Shown here one piece after another: positions 43,396 to 49,900 of a DNA stretch of 52,700 nucleotides. The notes under the pieces were generated by a model, which worked only from the letters and a program-made list of their open reading frames with translations, was not told the origin of the DNA and ran no database searches. The DNA comes from Thermoplasmata archaeon (GTDB lineage Archaea; Thermoplasmatota; Thermoplasmata; Lutacidiplasmatales; UBA184), in assembly GCA_035624925.1 (NCBI GenBank), contig DASPQN010000073.1, positions 1 through 52,700 on the forward strand. Direction: 5' to 3'. The position numbers and the translations under genes were made by a program. How positions within the stretch are numbered: the stretch's first letter is position 1; every line of letters starts with the position of its first letter.

Positions 43396-44808
43396 ATGGC
43401 TCAGACGGCTCAGGAGATCACTCCGCTCGATTACACGCGCTACGACTTCAAGGACCCCGAGACGTACCGGGTGCGGATCCCGAAGGGGCTCTCGCGCGAC
43501 GTCGTCCGCAAGATCAGCGAGCTCAAGCACGAGCCCGCCTGGATGCTCGACTATCGCCTGAGGGCGTACGACCACTTCGTCGACCGTCCGATGCCGGACT
43601 GGGGGCCCAGCCTCTCGGACATCGACTTCGATGCCTACACGTACTACGCCGACCCTCTCGGCGACGAGAAGCCGAAGCGGAGCTGGGACGACCTGCCGGC
43701 CGACATCAAGAACACGTTCGAGCGGCTCGGGATCCCGAAGGCGGAGCGCGAGTTCTTCGGAGGGGTCGGGGCGCAGTACGACAGCGGCACGGTCTACCAC
43801 AAGATCCGCGAGGACCTCGCCGCGAAGGGCGTGATCTTCACGGACACCGACACCGCGGTCCGGGAGCATACGGAGATCGTCCGCAAGTACTTCGGCAAGA
43901 TCGTCCCGTACAACGACAACAAGTTCGCCGCGCTGAACAGCGCGGTCTGGTCCGGCGGCAGCTTCGTCTACGTCCCGCCCGGGGTCGACGCGGGGATCCC
44001 GCTCCAGGCGTACTTCCGCATCAACGCCCGGAACGTCGGGCAGTTCGAGCGGACGCTGATCATCGCCGACAAGGGCGCGAAGGTGCACTATATCGAAGGG
44101 TGCACGGCGCCCATCTACTCGACCGACTCGCTCCACGCCGCGGTCGTCGAGGTCGTGGCGGAGCCGCACGCCAAGGTCCGCTACACGACCGTGCAGAACT
44201 GGTCGAAGAACGTCTACAACCTCGTGACGAAGCGCGCGGTCGGCTACGAGGACTCGCTGGTCGAGTGGGTCGACGGGAACATGGGCTCGAAGGTGACGAT
44301 GAAGTACCCGTCGGTCTACCTCAAGGGTCGAGGGGCGCGCGCCGACATCCTCTCGGTCGCGTTCGCGAGCGAGGGCCAGGTGATCGACTCCGGCGCGAAG
44401 GCGGTGCATTCGGCCCCCGACACCTCGAGCAAGATCGTCGCGAAGTCGATCGCGATCCGCGGAGGTCAGACGAGCTACCGCGGCCTGCTCCACGTCGCCC
44501 CCGGGGCGACCGGCGTCAAGGCGGCCGTCCGTTGCGACGCGCTGCTCCCCGACGTCCTCGGGCGCTCGGACACCTACCCGTACAACGAGATCCACGAGGA
44601 GGATGCGACCATCACCCACGAGGCGGTCGTCGGCAAGATCGGGGAGGAGCAGATCTTCTACCTGATGAGCCGGGGCCTCTCGGAGTCCGACGCGATCCAC
44701 CTGATCCTCATGGGGTTCCTCGCCGAGTTCGCGAAGGAACTGCCGGTCGACTACGCCCTCGAGCTGAACCGCCTGATCCAGCTCGAGATGACCGGCGCGG
44801 TCGGCTAG
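43396..44808 (+). CDS. sufB: Fe-S cluster assembly scaffold SufB
   Basis: KHEPAWMLDYRLRAYDHF, NSAVWSGGSFVYVPPGV, ERTLIIADKGAKVHYIEGCTAP, GQTSYRGL, HEAVVGKIGEEQIFYLMSRGL. ATG 43396 is preferred over the track GTG at 43372. Confidence 0.92.
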   Translation: MAQTAQEITPLDYTRYDFKDPETYRVRIPKGLSRDVVRKISELKHEPAWMLDYRLRAYDHFVDRPMPDWGPSLSDIDFDAYTYYADPLGDEKPKRSWDDLPADIKNTFERLGIPKAEREFFGGVGAQYDSGTVYHKIREDLAAKGVIFTDTDTAVREHTEIVRKYFGKIVPYNDNKFAALNSAVWSGGSFVYVPPGVDAGIPLQAYFRINARNVGQFERTLIIADKGAKVHYIEGCTAPIYSTDSLHAAVVEVVAEPHAKVRYTTVQNWSKNVYNLVTKRAVGYEDSLVEWVDGNMGSKVTMKYPSVYLKGRGARADILSVAFASEGQVIDSGAKAVHSAPDTSSKIVAKSIAIRGGQTSYRGLLHVAPGATGVKAAVRCDALLPDVLGRSDTYPYNEIHEEDATITHEAVVGKIGEEQIFYLMSRGLSESDAIHLILMGFLAEFAKELPVDYALELNRLIQLEMTGAVG

Positions 44809-44943
44809 ACGGGTCCCCGGAGCCGCGGTCCGCCCGGGCGAGCGCGCGGAAAACGGCTCGCGCGCCGCTCGGCCGGCGTCCTACGCCTCGTCCTTCACCG
44901 AGGCCTGTGGACGGTCCGGCACCGCGACCGAACGCGCCTGGCC

Positions 44944-45282
44944 CTACGGCGTCCCGGTCCCCGGAGCCCGGGGCCTCGGAGGGGGGACCTTGGGGAGATC
45001 GGTGTGCGACTTGACGAGGTCGATCACGGCGAGGAGGACGGCGTAGGCGAGGTTCGCCGCCTCGGCGAGCTCCTGGCGGGACGCGCCGGGGCGGGGCCGG
45101 TCCAGCACGGCGCGAGCGCTCCGGAGGAGGTCCGCGGCGGTCTCCAGGCTCGCCGGGTCGTGCACCCGCGCCGGCGGGACCTGGACGAGCGCCTCCGACT
45201 CCTCGAGGTCGCGGCGCAGGGAGCGGAGGAGTTCCACCAGGACGGTCTCAGGGAGCCGCTCGGGCTCGCGGACCAGCGGCAC
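44944..45282 (-). CDS. Small helical hypothetical protein downstream of sufD
   Basis: Track ORF. Very high GC3 in frame. GTG start 45 nt after the sufD stop. Confidence 0.5.
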   Translation of the reverse strand: MPLVREPERLPETVLVELLRSLRRDLEESEALVQVPPARVHDPASLETAADLLRSARAVLDRPRPGASRQELAEAANLAYAVLLAVIDLVKSHTDLPKVPPPRPRAPGTGTP

Positions 45283-45327
45283 GAGACCGTCCCCTTCAGC
45301 CGCGGGGCGCCGGCCGACGCGTCGCCG

Positions 45328-46722
45328 TCATCGGAGCTTGGCGTCGAACCGCCATTCGGGCGCGCCTTCCGTCCCGGTGACCTGGAGCTCCGGCAGCGCC
45401 CGGGAGCCGTCGGCGGCCCAAGCGAGCTCCTCGCCGTTCCAGCGGGCCTCGAGCGCCGGATAGACGAGGTCGCGCAGGGACGTGATCGGCGCCCGGTCCA
45501 GCACGTAGGAGAGGAACCCTTCGCCGATCATCCGGATCGCATCCGCTTCGCGGATCCCCCGGGACTCGAGATAGAAGACCTGCTCCGGATCGACCGGGTG
45601 GACCGACGTCGAGTGCGTCGCCTTCACGTCGCGGCAGAGGATCTCGAGGATCGGGATCGTGTCCGACCTCGCCCCGCGCGACAGCAGCATCGCGTGCTCG
45701 GAGATGAAGCTCAGCGTCTTGGTCGCGTCCTTCTCGATGCGGACCAGCCCCCGGCTCATCCCCCGGGCGCGGTCGGTGAAGACCCCCCGGGTGATCGACT
45801 GGCCGTGGGTGTCGGTGCCCTCGTGGGTCAGATGGACCGAGCTGTCGTAGGACTGTTCGCCGGCGCCGTAGAACAGCTGCAGGTCATCGACGACCGAACC
45901 CTGGCCGACCAGCCTCGTCCGGTTGCGGGCCTTGGACCGGAACCCGCCGAGCCCCAGCCAGAGCCAGGCGAGGCGGGAGGCGCGGCCGGTCGTCGCGGCC
46001 CGCTGGTAGATCGAGACGGCCCGGGAATCCGGGGCGTGCATCGTGAGGTAGACCGCCTTGGCGTTCGCCCCGAGGTCGACGTCGACCGCCGACGCGTACA
46101 GCCGCTGGGCGCCCGACGTCGCGGGATCGCTGTAGACCTCCTCGGTGAGCAGGAGCTGAGCATTCTCCCCCGCACGAACGACGCGCCGCACGGAGAGCGC
46201 CTCGTGCGGCCTCGAGAGGACGGTGATGTCCTGCACGTGGACCGCGGCGCGAAGGCGGTCCGGCACCTCGAGAAGATAGCCCCGGTTCAGGAGAGCGACG
46301 GACAGCGCCGACAGCCGATCGCTCGGCTCCTCCGAGTCCGAGAAACGGCTCCCCGGTGCTCGAAGACGTCCCTCCTCCTCGGCCGAGAGCGTCACGACGC
46401 TGACCCCGGCATCCCGAAGGGCGGGAGGGACCGAGGCGCGGGTCCCTTGCGCGTCGTGCACGATCCGCACGGTCCCCTCGGGGGGCTTGGGAACGCCCAC
46501 CGCCGCTCCACGCGAGACGGCGTCGAGGCCCGAAAGGTCGACGTTGGTGAAGTACCCGTACCCCCGGTAGAGCGGGTTCGGCTCGATAGGGAGCTCGAGG
46601 AACCGCTCGTACGCCGCGAGGCGCCGCTCCCGGCTCGCCTCCGGCTCGCCGAGGGACCGCGAGAGGTCGGTGACGTGGGCCGGAGTGACCCATTCCGCGG
46701 GCCGGGCTATCGCCGTGGCCAT
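45328..46722 (-). CDS. sufD: Fe-S cluster assembly protein SufD (SufB/SufD family), encoded convergently to sufB
   Basis: The C-terminal half matches the SufBD beta-helix family: GTDTHGQSITRGV, ISEHAMLLSRGARSDTIPILEI, DVKATHSTSVHPVDPEQVFYLESRGI. Confidence 0.85.
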   Translation of the reverse strand: MATAIARPAEWVTPAHVTDLSRSLGEPEASRERRLAAYERFLELPIEPNPLYRGYGYFTNVDLSGLDAVSRGAAVGVPKPPEGTVRIVHDAQGTRASVPPALRDAGVSVVTLSAEEEGRLRAPGSRFSDSEEPSDRLSALSVALLNRGYLLEVPDRLRAAVHVQDITVLSRPHEALSVRRVVRAGENAQLLLTEEVYSDPATSGAQRLYASAVDVDLGANAKAVYLTMHAPDSRAVSIYQRAATTGRASRLAWLWLGLGGFRSKARNRTRLVGQGSVVDDLQLFYGAGEQSYDSSVHLTHEGTDTHGQSITRGVFTDRARGMSRGLVRIEKDATKTLSFISEHAMLLSRGARSDTIPILEILCRDVKATHSTSVHPVDPEQVFYLESRGIREADAIRMIGEGFLSYVLDRAPITSLRDLVYPALEARWNGEELAWAADGSRALPELQVTGTEGAPEWRFDAKLR

Positions 46723-46744
46723 CGGAATTACTCACCGTTGCCCA

Positions 46745-46751
46745 CTTATTA
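46745..46751 (-). promoter_or_regulatory. TATA-like box (minus-strand TAATAAG) upstream of sufD
   Basis: AT island centred about 26 nt upstream of the ATG at 46722. Confidence 0.4.
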
Positions 46752-46938
46752 GGTGAACGTCGAACCTGTCGGGCGAAACGTGCCCTCTACAACTCGGACC
46801 GGCCCCGTCCGGCGAGCCGTCGTGGAAGGTGAGATAGGGGCAGTCTCAGGTCGCGCGCCATCGTGATTTTTGTAGTATAACCTCTTAGGTTCGCCCCAGC
46901 CGTCCGGGCACGGCTATCGGAGAACCGGGGGATCTGTC

Positions 46939-49900
46939 ATGGGGCAACGGAGTCGCAATCGGATTGTGGGTGTCGCATTGGTCGCCGCGCTGATGGCGGT
47001 GAGCGGGATCGTCGCCGCCGTCCCCGGGGCGTTCGCCCAGGCAGGACTGGGCGGCGCGGCGGGACCGACACCCATCGGCACTGTGACCCTCACGCCCACG
47101 GCCCCGGGGGTCGCATGGTCGGTGTCGGAGCTGCGGGCCGCGGGTGCGGTCGCCGCGCCGTATACCGAGTCGGGGTATGGTCTGCCTCAGGCTAGGTACC
47201 AGGGCCCCGCGACCTTCGCGTCTCCCGTCGACCCGAACGGCACGGTCAACATCCTCGTGTCGCTCGCGTTCTCGAACAGTACCGAGCTCACCCAGCTCCT
47301 GGCCGCCCTCCAAAACCCTGCGTCGCCCCAGTACCACCACTATCTCACCGCCGCGCAGTTCGACGAGCGCTTCGGGGGGGCCCCCTCGGTCTACCGTTCG
47401 CTCGTCCAGTACCTGGCCTCCTTCGGCGTCACGGGCCTGACGACGCACCCGGACCGGCTGAGCGTCACCTTCGGGGCGACCTCCGCCCAGGTCCGTGCGA
47501 TCTTCGGGACGCAGCTCGGGTCGTACCTGAACGCCTCGGGGCTCCCGTACTACGCGCCCGAGTCGATGCCGCAGGTCCCGGCCCCTCTGGCGCCGTACAT
47601 CATCGACGTGGAGGGCTTGAGCAACTTCTCCGAGTACCAGAACTCGTTCGCCCCCGTCGAGATGGCGACGCCCGTCGGCGCGATCGCCGGGGACGCCGCG
47701 ACAGGCTCCTCCCCGTCCACCGTCCTTCCCGACACCCTGGCCGCCTGCGGGGCGGACCCGATCCCCCCGGGCTGCACGGGCAATCCGTTCACCCCCACGA
47801 CCGTGACCTCGGGCGGCCTGACGCTCACCTACGACCAGCCGGCGACCTTCAATCTCAACGGCAAGTCCGGGACCTGCGACACGAACACCTGCGGGGACAT
47901 GGTCCAGGCCCCGGACCTGCAGGTCACGTACAACGAGACCGGGCTGTTCCAGAAGTACGGCTACCCGGTCAACGCCACCGTCGCGGCGATCCTCTGGACC
48001 GACCCGGTGTGCACGGCGAACTCCGGGACGTGTGCGACCGACGCCCTCTACAACTACTGGTGCCACCAGCTGACGAGCGGGACCGACGCCTGGGACTTCT
48101 TCATGCCCGATGTCAGCTCGTTCTGGAACTATACCCTCCCGGTCGGCGAGCCCCTCCCGCGAGCGGTCTCGGAGGGGATCACGGGGTACACCTACGCCTA
48201 CCCGGCGGGATCCCGTGGGTTCTCCGCCTCGTGCGATGACAACGAGGCCGAGGGAGAGAACACGCTCGACGTCGATATGCTCGGGGCGATGGCCCCGGGG
48301 GCGAACGTCTTCCAGGTCTTCGGCGGGAGCTCGTCGTCGGCCGCGCTCGCGACCGTCTTCTCCGATATCCTGAGCCCGGCCACGAGCGACTTCACCGCCA
48401 CCGGCGGGTTCGATACGTCGACCAACATGCAGGACCTGATGAACGTCAGCGTGATCACGAACTCCTGGGGCGGGGTCGGGTCCCTCACTCCGACATGGCT
48501 CAGCGACCTGACGACCGCGGCCGCCCGCGGGATCACGGTCCTCGCGGCGACCGGCGACTCCGGGACCACGGTCGAGGCCCCGTCGGAGTACGCCTACAAT
48601 GTTCTCGGCATGCTGGGCGTCAGCGGGACCACCGCGGCGATCAACCCGACCACGCTGCTCCGCGGCCCCCCGCACCTCGCCTCGGCCGCGGCCCCCTACT
48701 ACGGCGTCGGCACGGGGGAGATCGGCTGGTACGAGCCTGCGGGCACGGTCGACGGTTTCACGGCGACGTACGGTGGGACGGAGGGCGTCGCCTCCTCGAC
48801 GGTGTACTACCGCGCGAGCTGGTTCAACGCCTCGGCCGACGCGAACGGCGTGGCGAACGCGGTGCGCAGCGGCAACTACCGAGCGGTCGGCGACATCGCC
48901 GGCGTCTCGAACGACACGATCATCGACCTCGACGCCGGTCCGTACTCCCTGAACTTCACGTGCTGGGTCTCCAGCGCGTGCACCAAGATCGCCCCGAACA
49001 CGACCGGGACGACCTCCGGCTCCGCTCCGACGGTCGGAGGGACGTACTTCATCGGGACGAGCATCTCCGACCAGGTCGAGGGCGGCGTCCTCGCCACGAT
49101 CGACCACGCCCTCTACACCCAACCAGGGACCGTCTGCGAAGGCTACCAGGCCTACACGGGTTCCTGCGGGGCCGTCGTTCCGCCCGAGACGGGCAACTAC
49201 CACGAGGGCTGGGTAGGCTACAACAACCCCGCCATCTACTCGATGGGCCAGATGGCCTACTCGGGCCAGCTGACCCTCCCCTCGTTCTACGACGTCACGA
49301 CGTACACGGACGCGGGAGGGCTCGCGGCGACCTATGAGGCGAAGGTCGGCTATGACCTCGCGACCGGCTGGGGCGCAATCGCGGCCTGGAACTACACGCA
49401 GAACATCCTGACGTACAACACGACGTTCACCGAGACCGGTCTCCCCGCGAGCACCTCCTGGTCCGTGACCGTGACCCCGACCGTTGGGGACGCGAACTGC
49501 ACGGTCAGCGGGAGCAGCTGCTCGAACGGCGTGACCCGGACGACGACGGGTTCCTCCCAGACGGCGCTCCCCGAGGCGTACGGTTCGTTCGCCTATACCG
49601 TGCCGGCGGTCGGGGCCTACTCGCCGTCGCCGAACGGCGGATCGTTCAGCGTCAACGGCGCGGGCAACACGATCACCATCGTGTTCAATCAGTTGCATGT
49701 CTCCCCCTCGGCAACCCCCAACCCGGAGCAGGTCGGAGGCACCACCACCGTCCACGCCGGGGCGAGTGGGGGCTCGGGGGTCTACGCGTCCTACCTGTGG
49801 TCGGGAACGGTCCCGACGGGATGCACCCTACCGGGGTCGGTCGCCTCGTGGACCTGCACGCCGAGCACCGGTGGCCAGGGCAGCTACGTGATCAACGTGA

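Noticed and set aside
46885-49755. 956-aa minus-strand ORF, plus the 85-aa MYVPAADGVNVYV... ORFs at 50949, 51210 and 51993
   Set aside because: These are antisense to the S53 protease gene, whose plus-strand frame has a signal peptide, prodomain and catalytic motifs. The repeated 85-aa ORFs simply mirror the 261-bp coding repeat.
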